Shown piece after piece: positions 18,256 through 27,585 of a DNA stretch of 40,995 nucleotides; position 1 is the stretch's first letter; every line of letters starts with the position of its first letter. This DNA is from Clostridiales bacterium DTU023. GTDB lineage: Bacteria; Bacillota; Clostridia; Saccharofermentanales; DTU023. The stretch is from positions 29,165 to 70,159 of the forward strand of contig LFTF01000061.1 of assembly GCA_001512945.1 (NCBI GenBank). The letters are read 5' to 3'. Under the pieces are notes generated by a model. The model was not told the origin of the DNA and made no database searches. It saw only the letters and a program-made list of their open reading frames with translations. The translations under genes were made by a program, and so were the position numbers.

Positions 18256-19389
18256 ATGAAAAAACTACTCGCAATTTTGCTTGTCGTATTGATGGCATTC
18301 ACCATCGTTGCTTGCGATAAGAAGCCGGAAGAACCGGCAAAAACGGATCCGGTAGCTACAGAACCGGCCGGTGATGTGTATAAAGTCATCAACCTCGTCA
18401 ATGGGAACCTTGGCGACAAGTCGTTCTTTGACTCGGCAGAAGCCGGGCTCAAGAAACTGGCTGATGCCGGACGCATTACATACGAAACCAAAGAGATGGG
18501 TGCTACTGACGCTGACCAGCCTAAGTGGCAGCAAACCATTAACGACGTCGCGGCTGAAGGTAAATATGACCTGATCATCTGTGGCACATACCAAATGCCT
18601 GACTACCTTAAAGAAGCGGCAACCGCCTATCCTGACCAGAAGTTCCTCATCTATGATGACACAACTTATGTTGGTGATAACAGCAATGTCGTTAACGTAA
18701 GCTACCGTCAGAATGATATGGGCTATCTTATCGGTGTTTTCGCGGCATCGATGACATCTCAAACAGACGTTGAAAACATGAATCCGGAAAAAGTTCTCGG
18801 CTTCATCGGCGGCATTGACAGCCCCGTTATCAACGACTTCCTTTATGGTTTCCTCGAAGGCGCCAAGGCGACCGACCCTGAAATCAAAGTGGATACACGC
18901 TATGTCAACAGCTACGCAGATACAGCGACAGCCAAAGAGATGGGCCTTGCCATGATCAATGACAACAAAGTTGACATCATCTGGGGTGTTGCGGGTCTAT
19001 CCGGCAACGGCGGCGCAGAAGCGGCATTAGAGACCGGCAAAGCCTGGTTTGTCGGGGTTGACTCCGATCAGGAGCTCACGCTCTCCAAGGAACTGGCTGC
19101 TATCACGCTTACATCAGGCCTCAAGAACATTGGCGATTCACTTATGTGGATTTTCGACGAGTGGGATGCCGGCCGCACCTATTGGGGCAAGGAAGTAAAC
19201 CTTGGTCTCCCCGAAGGCGGTGTTGGTATTGTTACCGATAAGAACTTCGCAAAATATGCGCCACAGGCAGTGCAAGATAAAGTCGCTGAAGCTGAAAAAG
19301 GCGTGCGCGATGGATCCATTAAAGTTTCCTCTGCAATCGGCGATGAGACAGACGGTGTTGTCAAGCTGCGCACAGAGCTACAGCCATAA
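18256..19389 (+). CDS. BMP-family (Med/PnrA/NupN-like) ABC substrate-binding lipoprotein, probable nucleoside binding
   Basis: AAGGAGAAAG SD. Lipoprotein signal peptide MKKLLAILLVVLMAFTIVAC with lipobox Cys. BMP-like body (GFIGGIDSPVINDF, GVAGLSGNG). Confidence 0.8.
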   Translation: MKKLLAILLVVLMAFTIVACDKKPEEPAKTDPVATEPAGDVYKVINLVNGNLGDKSFFDSAEAGLKKLADAGRITYETKEMGATDADQPKWQQTINDVAAEGKYDLIICGTYQMPDYLKEAATAYPDQKFLIYDDTTYVGDNSNVVNVSYRQNDMGYLIGVFAASMTSQTDVENMNPEKVLGFIGGIDSPVINDFLYGFLEGAKATDPEIKVDTRYVNSYADTATAKEMGLAMINDNKVDIIWGVAGLSGNGGAEAALETGKAWFVGVDSDQELTLSKELAAITLTSGLKNIGDSLMWIFDEWDAGRTYWGKEVNLGLPEGGVGIVTDKNFAKYAPQAVQDKVAEAEKGVRDGSIKVSSAIGDETDGVVKLRTELQP

Positions 19390-19440
19390 GAAGCGATTGC
19401 TTCTAACTGACAGCATTATCGGGAATTAGTTGATTGAATG

Positions 19441-19469
19441 AAAGGGGATCTGCTCGCAGGTCCCCTTTT
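19441..19469 (+). terminator. Intercistronic hairpin / partial terminator after the binding-protein gene
   Basis: AAAGGGGAtC...GgTCCCCTTTT. A second hairpin follows: GTGCCG (19484-19489) pairing with CGGCAC (19498-19503). This arrangement commonly raises the ratio of binding protein to the other transporter subunits. Confidence 0.5.
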
Positions 19470-19567
19470 GCCTATCAGGAGGAGTGCCGGTTCCGGACGG
19501 CACGCTTTGTAAGTGACGATCAGACCGGTTATTTTTACAAAATGATGTAGACGGGGGAACGAATCGA

Positions 19568-21127
19568 ATGGAGCAAAACGAACTCGTTGTCCAGATGAAG
19601 GGGATATCAAAAATCTATCCCAACGGTGTTGCGGCGAATCGGGATGTTAATTTTTCTGTGAAAGCTGGTGAAATCCATGCACTGATCGGAGAAAACGGTG
19701 CAGGGAAATCGACGCTGATGAAAATTCTCTTTGGGCTTGAACGGCCCACGGGAGGAGAGATTATAGTCAACGGCGAACCGGTGCATTTCTCATCTCCTAC
19801 TGATGCCATTGAAAAAGGCATCGGGATGGTACATCAGCACTTCATGCTCGTCCCGAGCCTGACAGTTGCTGAAAACATCGTGCTTGGGATGGCACCGAGA
19901 AAATCTGGATTATTTATTGACTATAAGCAGGCAGTTGACTTAACCAAGGAATACGCGGAACAATTCAATCTTCACGTTGAACCGACCGCACGAGTCGCTG
20001 ATATAGCTGCAGGTATGAAACAAAAAGTAGAAATACTCAAGGCACTTGTGCGTGGAGCACGCGTCCTTATACTCGATGAGCCGACAGCCATCTTGACGAC
20101 TCAGGAAACGGTAGGTTTGTTTCGGGAGTTGAAGGAACTCAAGGCCAAGGGCTTCACAATTATCTTTATCTCTCACAAGTTGAATGAAATCAAAGAACTC
20201 ACAGACCGCATCACGATTATGCGTGGGGGCAAAACAGTCGGTGTCTACGAGACCGACTCTATAACGGAGCAGGAGATTTCAGGACTCATGGTTGGCCGCG
20301 ATGTCATCCTGACTGTTGAGAAAGACCAATCTGAGCCAAAGGAAGTCGTCCTTCAAGTTGAAGACCTCAACTTCGTTAACGAATGGGATAAGCGTGTGCT
20401 CGATGGTGTCACGTTTTCTGTTCGCAGTGGAGAAATTGTCGGCATTGCAGGTGTTGAGGGCAACGGTCAACGTGAGCTTGTCGATGTACTCTTTAGCCTC
20501 AAGCTTCCGGAAAAAGGTTCAGCGACAGTGGGTGGAAAGAGTCTGATCGGGTTGCCACAGGCTATGATTCGGGAACTTGGCGTATCTTATATACCAGAGG
20601 ATCGTATGACATTCGGCATTGCTGATATCGCGACTATTGAAGAAAATATGATTTCAGACCGTTTCAATCAAAAGCGTTTCAATCGTGGACCTCTGTTTAA
20701 AATGAACGAGCTTCACAAGGAAACTGATCAGCTGATCGTAGACTATTCTGTTCTCTGTAAGTCGCGCAGCCAAGAGGTTGGGATGCTGTCCGGTGGCAAT
20801 ATCCAAAAAGTGGTCGTTGCGCGTGAGTTTTCAAGTGATCCGATCCTTATCATCGCTGACCAGCCAACGCGCGGCATTGATGTCGGCGCAACGGAAATGA
20901 TCAGAAAAAGACTCGTTGAGCTATCGAGGGCAGGAGCTGCGGTGCTATTAGTTTCGGCAGACTTGAATGAAGTTATGGAACTATCTGATAGCCTGATCGT
21001 ATTCTATGAAGGCAAGATCGCAGGCTATTTCGACGATGGACAGTGGGACGATATCATGATGGGTGAATACATGCTCGGGCTGAAACGCCAGAGCGATGAG
21101 GAGATTGCGAGGGCTTCCTATGCGTGA
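19568..21127 (+). CDS. ABC transporter ATP-binding protein, duplicated ATPase (sugar/nucleoside CUT2 type)
   Basis: 519 aa. Walker A GENGAGKST and Walker B LILDEPT in the first half. LSGGNIQKV signature and IIADQPTRGID in the second half. Confidence 0.85.
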   Translation: MEQNELVVQMKGISKIYPNGVAANRDVNFSVKAGEIHALIGENGAGKSTLMKILFGLERPTGGEIIVNGEPVHFSSPTDAIEKGIGMVHQHFMLVPSLTVAENIVLGMAPRKSGLFIDYKQAVDLTKEYAEQFNLHVEPTARVADIAAGMKQKVEILKALVRGARVLILDEPTAILTTQETVGLFRELKELKAKGFTIIFISHKLNEIKELTDRITIMRGGKTVGVYETDSITEQEISGLMVGRDVILTVEKDQSEPKEVVLQVEDLNFVNEWDKRVLDGVTFSVRSGEIVGIAGVEGNGQRELVDVLFSLKLPEKGSATVGGKSLIGLPQAMIRELGVSYIPEDRMTFGIADIATIEENMISDRFNQKRFNRGPLFKMNELHKETDQLIVDYSVLCKSRSQEVGMLSGGNIQKVVVAREFSSDPILIIADQPTRGIDVGATEMIRKRLVELSRAGAAVLLVSADLNEVMELSDSLIVFYEGKIAGYFDDGQWDDIMMGEYMLGLKRQSDEEIARASYA

Positions 21128-22253
21128 CAAACGGATGACGATGTTTAATATGCTCCGCGGCGCGGCGGCAATCGCGCTTGCGCTTGGGGTCGGAGCGATC
21201 TTTATCTTTTTGAGCTCTGATGAACCTTTGACTGCGCTTCGGTACCTCCTGATCGGACCTATTGTGAGCTTTAGGGACTCAGGAGTCTCCTTCAATGCTC
21301 AATATCTGTTTCAGATTTTTGCAGGTATGATCCCGATAACATTCACGGGACTGGCTGTCTGCGTGATGTTCTCCGCTAACCAGTTCAACCTGGCAGCCGA
21401 GGGCTGTGTTCTCGCGGGCGGTTTCGTCGGAGGTATTCTCGGCGTCTACTTGAATATCAATTCAGGATGGCACGCTGTTGTCTGTGTTTTGGTCGCAACC
21501 GTTGTGGGCGGCTTAATAATGCTGATTCCAGCATTACTTAAAGTCAAGCTTGGTTCCAGCGAGATGGTGACAAGCTTGATGTTGAACTTTATTATTCTTT
21601 ACATAGCGATGCATTATCTCAACTTTCACTTTGCCGACCGCTCCAAGGGTTCGACGATGACGTACCCGTTCAAACCGACTGCCATCATCCCTTCGCTTGT
21701 TCCGGGGAATAGTAAAATGACGGTTGGAATCATTGTTGCGCTACTTGCAACCGTGCTCATTGCATTCTTTATGTATCGAACACGTTGGGGTTATTCCATC
21801 CGCATGATCGGTATAAATGAGTCATTTTCACTGTACTCAGGTATGAAAGTGGGGAGTACGATTGTTCTGGCACAAGTGATTGGCGGTATGCTGGCGGGCA
21901 TGGGTGGAAGCTTAGAAGTTCTAGGCCGTTATCAGACGTATTTGTGGCGTGACCTGCCCGGCTACGGCTGGGTAGGCATTACGATCGCCATTCTGGCTAA
22001 AAATAATCCTGCTTTTGTGCCATTGGCAGCTTTCTTTATCGCTTACCTCAACAAGGGTTGTCTACTGATGTCTACGTATTGTGACGTTCCTGTCGAAATG
22101 ATTGACATCATCCAGGCAGCGATTTTCCTCTTCTTTGCCGCGGAGCAGTTCATGTCAGGATTCCGTCAAAAACTAGTCGTTAAGACAACACGGGAGGATT
22201 TGATGAAGCTCGAGACACAACGACGATTAGAGGGGGGTAGTAACAATGCTTAG
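21120..22253 (+). CDS. ABC transporter permease (NupP-like)
   Basis: Polytopic membrane protein. The start is uncertain: ATG 21120 lies after GAGGG, and alternatives are 21096 and 21135. It overlaps the ATPase stop. Confidence 0.75.
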   Translation: MRDKRMTMFNMLRGAAAIALALGVGAIFIFLSSDEPLTALRYLLIGPIVSFRDSGVSFNAQYLFQIFAGMIPITFTGLAVCVMFSANQFNLAAEGCVLAGGFVGGILGVYLNINSGWHAVVCVLVATVVGGLIMLIPALLKVKLGSSEMVTSLMLNFIILYIAMHYLNFHFADRSKGSTMTYPFKPTAIIPSLVPGNSKMTVGIIVALLATVLIAFFMYRTRWGYSIRMIGINESFSLYSGMKVGSTIVLAQVIGGMLAGMGGSLEVLGRYQTYLWRDLPGYGWVGITIAILAKNNPAFVPLAAFFIAYLNKGCLLMSTYCDVPVEMIDIIQAAIFLFFAAEQFMSGFRQKLVVKTTREDLMKLETQRRLEGGSNNA

Positions 22254-23193
22254 CCTCTTACAATCTCTTTTTAAGCCAGATTTTCTTTTTGCTGTTTTGC
22301 GAATTACTGCGCCGATACTCTTCGCAACACTCGCGGCGGTCGTCGCGGAAAGGGCAGGAGTCGTCAACATCGGTCTTGAAGGCATGATGATGATTACGGC
22401 TTTGTTCGGTTTTCTGTTCAGCTACTGGACGCAAAGCTGGGTGCTTGGTGTCCTCGGCGCGATTATGGTTGGTGTGCTGCTGGGCTTGATGATGGGCTTT
22501 TTTGCCTTAAAACTTAAAACAGACATCATCCTGGCCGGTATCGCTATCAATATGCTCGGCGCTGGCGGAACCATATTTATGCTTAATATGTTTACGGGAC
22601 TGCGTGGCAACACGGGCAATCTGGTTTCTCCCAACCTTCTGATTCCGACAATCCAAATCCCTTTAATCAACAAAATTCCCATTCTCGGCGAGATACTGAG
22701 CGGCCATGCCGTCCTCACGTATGTCGCGTTTCTGTGTGTTTTCTTGGTGTGGATATTGATTTATAAGACGCCGATTGGATTGAATATCCGGGCGGTGGGC
22801 GAGAACCCCGACGCTGCTTCCAGTGTGGGTGTCAGTGTGCTCAAGATCAAATATATCGCGATTGGGATTTCAGGCGGATTGGCCGGTTTGGGCGGCGCAT
22901 TCATGTCGATGTATTATTCGCAGGGATGGAATTCCGGCATGGTCGCAGGACGTGGATTTATTGCGCTTGCTGCTCAGGCGATGGGCAGAGGGGAACCGGT
23001 TGGCGCTATGTTGTCCTCGTTGCTATTCGGACTTGCTCAGGCTTTACGAACCAAAGTTTCGGGGCTCCAGGGTGTCTCAAGCTTCCTTGTCTCGATGATT
23101 CCCTATGCTGCTACACTTCTGGGACTTGTCGCTTATTCTATTAGCCTCAAGCGGAAAGCGCGCAAACACGTCATCAAGGTGGTTAAAAATTAG
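22246..23193 (+). CDS. ABC transporter permease (NupQ-like)
   Basis: 315-aa polytopic membrane protein with an 8-nt overlap with the previous permease gene. Confidence 0.8.
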   Translation: MLSLLQSLFKPDFLFAVLRITAPILFATLAAVVAERAGVVNIGLEGMMMITALFGFLFSYWTQSWVLGVLGAIMVGVLLGLMMGFFALKLKTDIILAGIAINMLGAGGTIFMLNMFTGLRGNTGNLVSPNLLIPTIQIPLINKIPILGEILSGHAVLTYVAFLCVFLVWILIYKTPIGLNIRAVGENPDAASSVGVSVLKIKYIAIGISGGLAGLGGAFMSMYYSQGWNSGMVAGRGFIALAAQAMGRGEPVGAMLSSLLFGLAQALRTKVSGLQGVSSFLVSMIPYAATLLGLVAYSISLKRKARKHVIKVVKN

Positions 23194-23220
23194 ACTCCGA
23201 GATTCGGAATGGGGGACGGC

Positions 23221-24165
23221 ATGAAAAAAACTCCGGTGATTCTCGACGGTGACCCGGGTCACGATGATGCGATTGCCTGGGTGCTCGCGAAAGCGAGCAC
23301 CCAGCTTGATATTCTGGCGGTAACAACGTGTTGCGGCAATCAGACGCTTGAAAAGACGACTTACAACGCGGGACGCATCATGGCTCTTATCGGGCTTGAC
23401 GTCCCCCTTGCAGCCGGTCGAATAAAGCCACTTCTCGCTGATCCGATGGTGGCGCCTTCCGTGCATGGTGTATCAGGACTTGACGGACCTGATTTGCCGT
23501 CGCCGCTCCGCGAACCGCTCACAATTGATGCGGTAACACTCATGGCGCAATGTGTGGAGCAACAAAGTGACCAGGTCGCATTGATCCCGACAGGTCCCAT
23601 GACGAATATCGCGGCATTTTTGCTCTTATATCCACAACTCAAAAATAAGATCAGCCATATCTATTTGATGGGCGGCGGCATTGGGCATGGAAACTGGACC
23701 CCGGCAGCCGAGTTCAACATACTGGTTGATCCTGAGGCGGCTGATATTGTTTTCCGCTCGGGTATCCCGATCACGATGGCAGGTTTAGACGTCACAGAGC
23801 AAGCATTGCTCTATCCTGAAGATTTTGACAGGATAGGCGCTATCGGAAGTGAGGTCGCCAAAGTCACGGCCGGATGGCTTGAGTTTTTTTACGGATTTCA
23901 TCGTGCGCTGGGTTACCACGGTGCTCCCGTGCACGACGCTGTCGCTGTGGCGGCACTCATCCGTCCTGATCTTCTCACATTCCAAGATTTGTATGTTGAG
24001 ATTGAAACAACGGGTGATTACAGCCGGGGCGCAACCATCGGGGATGTTTATGGCATCTCGAACAAACCAGCCAATGTGAGATGCATTGTGGACATCGACC
24101 GTGAAGGATTTGTCGATTTGCTCGTCGACGCTGTGAGGTTTTACGGGAGAGATGCAGATGAGTGA
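23221..24165 (+). CDS. Ribonucleoside hydrolase (inosine/uridine-preferring, IUNH family), copy 1
   Basis: VILDGDPGHDDAIA (the DxDxxxDD Ca2+/ribose motif), GPMTNIA and AEFNILVDPEAA. ATG 23221 lies after GGGGGA; the ORF is open from 23209. Confidence 0.85.
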   Translation: MKKTPVILDGDPGHDDAIAWVLAKASTQLDILAVTTCCGNQTLEKTTYNAGRIMALIGLDVPLAAGRIKPLLADPMVAPSVHGVSGLDGPDLPSPLREPLTIDAVTLMAQCVEQQSDQVALIPTGPMTNIAAFLLLYPQLKNKISHIYLMGGGIGHGNWTPAAEFNILVDPEAADIVFRSGIPITMAGLDVTEQALLYPEDFDRIGAIGSEVAKVTAGWLEFFYGFHRALGYHGAPVHDAVAVAALIRPDLLTFQDLYVEIETTGDYSRGATIGDVYGISNKPANVRCIVDIDREGFVDLLVDAVRFYGRDADE

Positions 24166-25213
24166 TTTAACACAACACAAGGCAGGCAATCTTGACATCT
24201 TAAGAAAAATTCCTGTGAGAAAGACGCCTTTTAAAGCGCAAGCACCCGACAAATTCGAGTCGACCTGTTTTTCAAAACAACCGAAAATTCCCGTATGGTT
24301 CGATTGTGACACGGGGGTTGACGACGCAATTGCGCTTCTCCTACTGCGGCATCTCACTTGCTTTGATCTGATCGGGGTTTCTACCGTGGCGGGCAATGTT
24401 GAACTCGAAAAAACGACGCACAACACGCTCTGTGTTCTCGAACTGACAGGTGACGACGTGCCTGTTTATCGCGGCGCATCACAGCCTCTGATCCGCGATC
24501 AGATTATGGCGCCTGAGGTTCACGGCAAAAACGGACTAGGCGATGTCGAGTTGCCGCAACCTTCCAAACAATTGGAGGCTAAGAATGCCTGGGATGCACT
24601 TTACGACGCGGCACTCGCACACCCCGGCGAACTCGTACTGATTGCTGTGGGACCTATGACAAATATTGGTCTCGCGCTCGCAAAATACAAAAACCTCCCT
24701 CAACTGCTGAAACGTATCGTTATTATGGGAGGCGCGGCGAAAGGCGGGAACACAACGCCGTCGGCGGAGTTTAATATTCTGGTGGATCCTGAAGCGGCCG
24801 ATATGTTGTTCAATTGCGGGGTCCCTGTCGCAATGTGCGGACTTGATATGACGTTGAAGGCATACCTGACTCCGGAAGAGCTTGACGAACTTGGGAATCT
24901 CGGCTCGCCGCAGGCATCGTTTGCGCGCGACTGTCTACAGAATGCGTTACGCTACTCGCTTTCCCTTGGGTTTGGGGGAATCAGCCTACACGATCCGGCC
25001 GCAATACTCTATGCTGCAGACGAATCGATCTTTGAACAGTATCCTGCATGGGTGCGAGTTGAAACAAAAGGCGCAATAACGTATGGAAAGACAGTGACGG
25101 ATCTCTACTCCGACAAAAAGATGCCGGAACGCAATCACATGGTGGTGACCGATGTCGACCGTGAAGCGTTCAAAGCCCGTTTATTTAATTTGATGAAAAG
25201 GTATAACGGTTAA
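24152..25213 (+). CDS. Ribonucleoside hydrolase (IUNH family), copy 2, with a ~45-aa N-terminal extension
   Basis: WFDCDTGVDDAIAL, GPMTNIG and AEFNILVDPEAA. There is no in-frame ATG/GTG/TTG near the canonical N-terminus except GTG 24215, which has no SD. It overlaps copy 1 by 14 nt. Confidence 0.8.
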   Translation: MQMSDLTQHKAGNLDILRKIPVRKTPFKAQAPDKFESTCFSKQPKIPVWFDCDTGVDDAIALLLLRHLTCFDLIGVSTVAGNVELEKTTHNTLCVLELTGDDVPVYRGASQPLIRDQIMAPEVHGKNGLGDVELPQPSKQLEAKNAWDALYDAALAHPGELVLIAVGPMTNIGLALAKYKNLPQLLKRIVIMGGAAKGGNTTPSAEFNILVDPEAADMLFNCGVPVAMCGLDMTLKAYLTPEELDELGNLGSPQASFARDCLQNALRYSLSLGFGGISLHDPAAILYAADESIFEQYPAWVRVETKGAITYGKTVTDLYSDKKMPERNHMVVTDVDREAFKARLFNLMKRYNG

Positions 25214-25214
25214 C

Positions 25215-25811
25215 GTGATTAAAGTACTTTATATAGACTGTTGCATTAGGGGTGAACAATCGAGAACGCGAACCCTCTCCCAGGCATTTCTCGAAGTGCT
25301 CGGGAAACGCGGCAATTTTATTATCGACCATCTGTCTCTGATGGAAGAACCGCTTGTTCCATTAGCGGGCGATTTCTTTTTGCAGCGTGAGAAGCTGCTC
25401 GAGGAGGGGACACTCGACCACCCTCGATTCCGCTACGCGCATCAGTTTGCCAAAGCCGATCGGATTGTTGTGGCAGCTCCATTTTGGGATTTGAGTGTTC
25501 CGGCTCTCTTGAAAATCTATTTTGAAAATGTCTGTGTACAGGGAATCACATTTGATTGCGACACCGAAAACGGGTCATTGTATGGACTTTGCCGCGCCGA
25601 CAAACTGTGTTTTCTCACGACTCGTGGCGGAACGTACAATGATTCTCCTCTTGAAACAGGCATACCGATGATACGTAACCTGAGTTTATTTTTGGGGATT
25701 GATCATTTTGATTGGATTGCAGCTGACGGCGTTGATCTTCTTCTCGAGCCACCCGAACTGATTGTGAAACGGGCTGCTACGCAAGCACAGCATCTTGCGG
25801 CCAAATGGTGA
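25215..25811 (+). CDS. Flavodoxin-like-fold NAD(P)H-dependent oxidoreductase (AzoR/AcpD-like)
   Basis: 198 aa. The N-terminal MIKVLYIDCCIRGEQSRTRTL and the later VVAAPFWDLSVPALLK are typical of FMN-dependent NADH-azoreductase-like proteins. The start is GTG. Confidence 0.6.
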   Translation: MIKVLYIDCCIRGEQSRTRTLSQAFLEVLGKRGNFIIDHLSLMEEPLVPLAGDFFLQREKLLEEGTLDHPRFRYAHQFAKADRIVVAAPFWDLSVPALLKIYFENVCVQGITFDCDTENGSLYGLCRADKLCFLTTRGGTYNDSPLETGIPMIRNLSLFLGIDHFDWIAADGVDLLLEPPELIVKRAATQAQHLAAKW

Positions 25812-25830
25812 CCCATTTTACGTTTCTGAT

Positions 25831-25859
25831 TTGACAGTCATGGGATGCTGTGCTACTAT
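25831..25859 (+). promoter_or_regulatory. Sigma-70-type promoter of the rpmG-secE-nusG cluster
   Basis: TTGACA (25831-25836), 17-nt spacer, TGc-TACTAT (hexamer 25854-25859). Confidence 0.6.
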
Positions 25860-25867
25860 ACTTCTGC

Positions 25868-25904
25868 TTGTCAGATGCGCGAGTCTTTTTTTTTGCGCTG
25901 ACAA
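25868..25904 (+). promoter_or_regulatory. 5'-proximal leader hairpin with a U-rich loop
   Basis: TTGTCA(gat)GCGC, then a 14-nt loop GAGTCTTTTTTTTT, then GCGCTGACAA. It lies immediately downstream of the predicted transcription start. Confidence 0.35.
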
Positions 25905-25938
25905 TAGTTCTTGATTCGACGAAATTGGAGGTACCGCT

Positions 25939-26103
25939 ATGGCGAAACCTGGCGCACGTGATCGGATTACGCTGGCCTGTTCTGAGTGTAAACAGCGCAA
26001 TTATGATACGATGAAAAATAAGATGCAAACACCTGACAAACTTGAATTGAACAAATTTTGCCGTTTTTGCAATAAACACACGATTCATCGCGAAACGAAG
26101 TAA
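25939..26103 (+). CDS. rpmG: 50S ribosomal protein L33
   Basis: 54-aa ORF, too short for the ORF track: [61 protein letters not shown] upstream and the CxxC...CxxC zinc ribbon typical of L33. Confidence 0.9.
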   Translation: MAKPGARDRITLACSECKQRNYDTMKNKMQTPDKLELNKFCRFCNKHTIHRETK

Positions 26104-26127
26104 TCGACAGTTCTCGGGAGTGATGAT

Positions 26128-26523
26128 ATGGCCGATAAAACAAAAAAAATAGCAGCGGACACCCGCGCAAAGAAATCCACAAAAAAATCCGATAAGCCTT
26201 CTTTGGGAGCGCGTATTAAAAAATGGTTTACAAACATAATCACCGAGCTTAAGCGTGTCATCTGGCCTGATCGAAAAAGACTCAGACAGAGTACGCTGAC
26301 AGTTCTTATGATTATTGTGCTTTCAGTTGTGGTCATCCTCGTTTTTGATACGCTGATCACGTTTGTGATGCGAACAACAGGAATCTATTCCTCTAAGCCA
26401 AAACCTGTAGAGACATTGCCGCAAACTGCCATTACTGAGCAGCATAATGCTCGGCTGATGACAGATGGTACGGCTCCTCTCTTATTCGTTTTTGATGGTG
26501 TTCGTATGTGGGTTGAAGGATAA
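26128..26523 (+). CDS. secE: Preprotein translocase subunit SecE with a ~50-aa C-terminal extension
   Basis: Lys-rich N-terminus, ELKRVIWP motif and a single TM, located between rpmG and nusG. At 131 aa it is about twice the usual Bacillota SecE length. Confidence 0.8.
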   Translation: MADKTKKIAADTRAKKSTKKSDKPSLGARIKKWFTNIITELKRVIWPDRKRLRQSTLTVLMIIVLSVVVILVFDTLITFVMRTTGIYSSKPKPVETLPQTAITEQHNARLMTDGTAPLLFVFDGVRMWVEG

Positions 26524-26527
26524 TTAA

Positions 26528-27070
26528 ATGAGCGATACGCCCGAAAACACAGAAGCGCTCTGGTATGTCGTACACACTTATTCCGGCTATGAGAACCGGG
26601 TTAAGGCTACGCTTGATTTAATTATTGAAAACCGCGGACTTCAGGAAATGATTCACGAAGTTCTCGTTCGGACCGAAACGGTCATTGAAATCAAAGACGG
26701 CAAGCGCAGGAACGTAGAGCGCAAGGTTTACCCCGGGTATGTCCTGGTTAAGATGATTCTCACCGATGAAATCTGGTATATCGTCCGCAATACACGAGGA
26801 GTTACGGGTTTTGTTGGTCCTTCGAGTACCAACCCTGTTCCCCTGACAGAAGATGAACTTGGCATGATGGGCCTTGATTCCGAATGGGAACCGGTGATGG
26901 ATTACGAAGTCGGCGATGACATCCGCGTTATCAACGGGCCGCTTGAGGGATTCGACGGCAAAGTCGAAACTATTAATATGGACAAGAAGAAGGTGACCGT
27001 ACTGATCTCCATGTTTGGCCGGGAAACCCCGGTTGAGTTGGAGCTCACTCAGGTTATCAAGCAGAATTAG
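26528..27070 (+). CDS. nusG: Transcription termination/antitermination factor NusG
   Basis: WYVVHTYSGYENRVK (NGN domain), C-terminal KOW (GDDIRVINGPLEGFDGKV), and conserved synteny. Confidence 0.92.
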   Translation: MSDTPENTEALWYVVHTYSGYENRVKATLDLIIENRGLQEMIHEVLVRTETVIEIKDGKRRNVERKVYPGYVLVKMILTDEIWYIVRNTRGVTGFVGPSSTNPVPLTEDELGMMGLDSEWEPVMDYEVGDDIRVINGPLEGFDGKVETINMDKKKVTVLISMFGRETPVELELTQVIKQN

Positions 27071-27143
27071 GCGACCAGACAGCGGATAGCTGTCTTACGC
27101 ATATAGAACAAGACTAAGTTAAAAAGAAATGGGAGGTGGCAAA

Positions 27144-27575
27144 ATGGCTAAGCCAGTAACCGCATACGTTAAGCTTCAGATACCAGCGGGACAAGCAACG
27201 CCAGCGCCGCCGGTAGGACCAGCTCTTGGCCAACATGGGCTCAATATTGCCCAGTTTGTAAGAGAATTCAATGAACGAACAGCAAAAGATATCGGACTGT
27301 TAATTCCCGTGGTAATCACGGTGTACCAGGACCGTTCCTATTCGTTCATCACGAAAACCCCGCCGGCGTCTGTACTGTTGAAGAAAGCATGTAATCTGGA
27401 AAAAGCATCGGGAACACCCGATACCGTGAAGGTAGCGACCGTCGCATGGTCTGAATGTAAACGCATTGCAGAGATCAAGATGGAAGATACGAACGCGGCC
27501 GACATCGAATCTTGTGCCAGGATGGTAGCAGGTTCTGCCCGCAGCATGGGCATTGTTGTCGATTACGACAAGTAG
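27144..27575 (+). CDS. rplK: 50S ribosomal protein L11
   Basis: [32 protein letters not shown]... with GGGAGGTGG SD. Confidence 0.93.
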   Translation: MAKPVTAYVKLQIPAGQATPAPPVGPALGQHGLNIAQFVREFNERTAKDIGLLIPVVITVYQDRSYSFITKTPPASVLLKKACNLEKASGTPDTVKVATVAWSECKRIAEIKMEDTNAADIESCARMVAGSARSMGIVVDYDK

Positions 27576-27585
27576 GGGGGCCAAT

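Noticed and set aside
18237-18762. 116-aa and 165-aa minus-strand ORFs overlapping the BMP lipoprotein gene
   Set aside because: The plus-strand gene has an SD, a lipoprotein signal peptide and family motifs. The antisense frames have none of these.
23785-24426. 213-aa minus-strand ORF spanning the junction of the two nucleoside hydrolase genes
   Set aside because: It is antisense to two well-supported CDSs, has no recognisable motifs and has no ribosome-binding site. I treat it as a shadow ORF.
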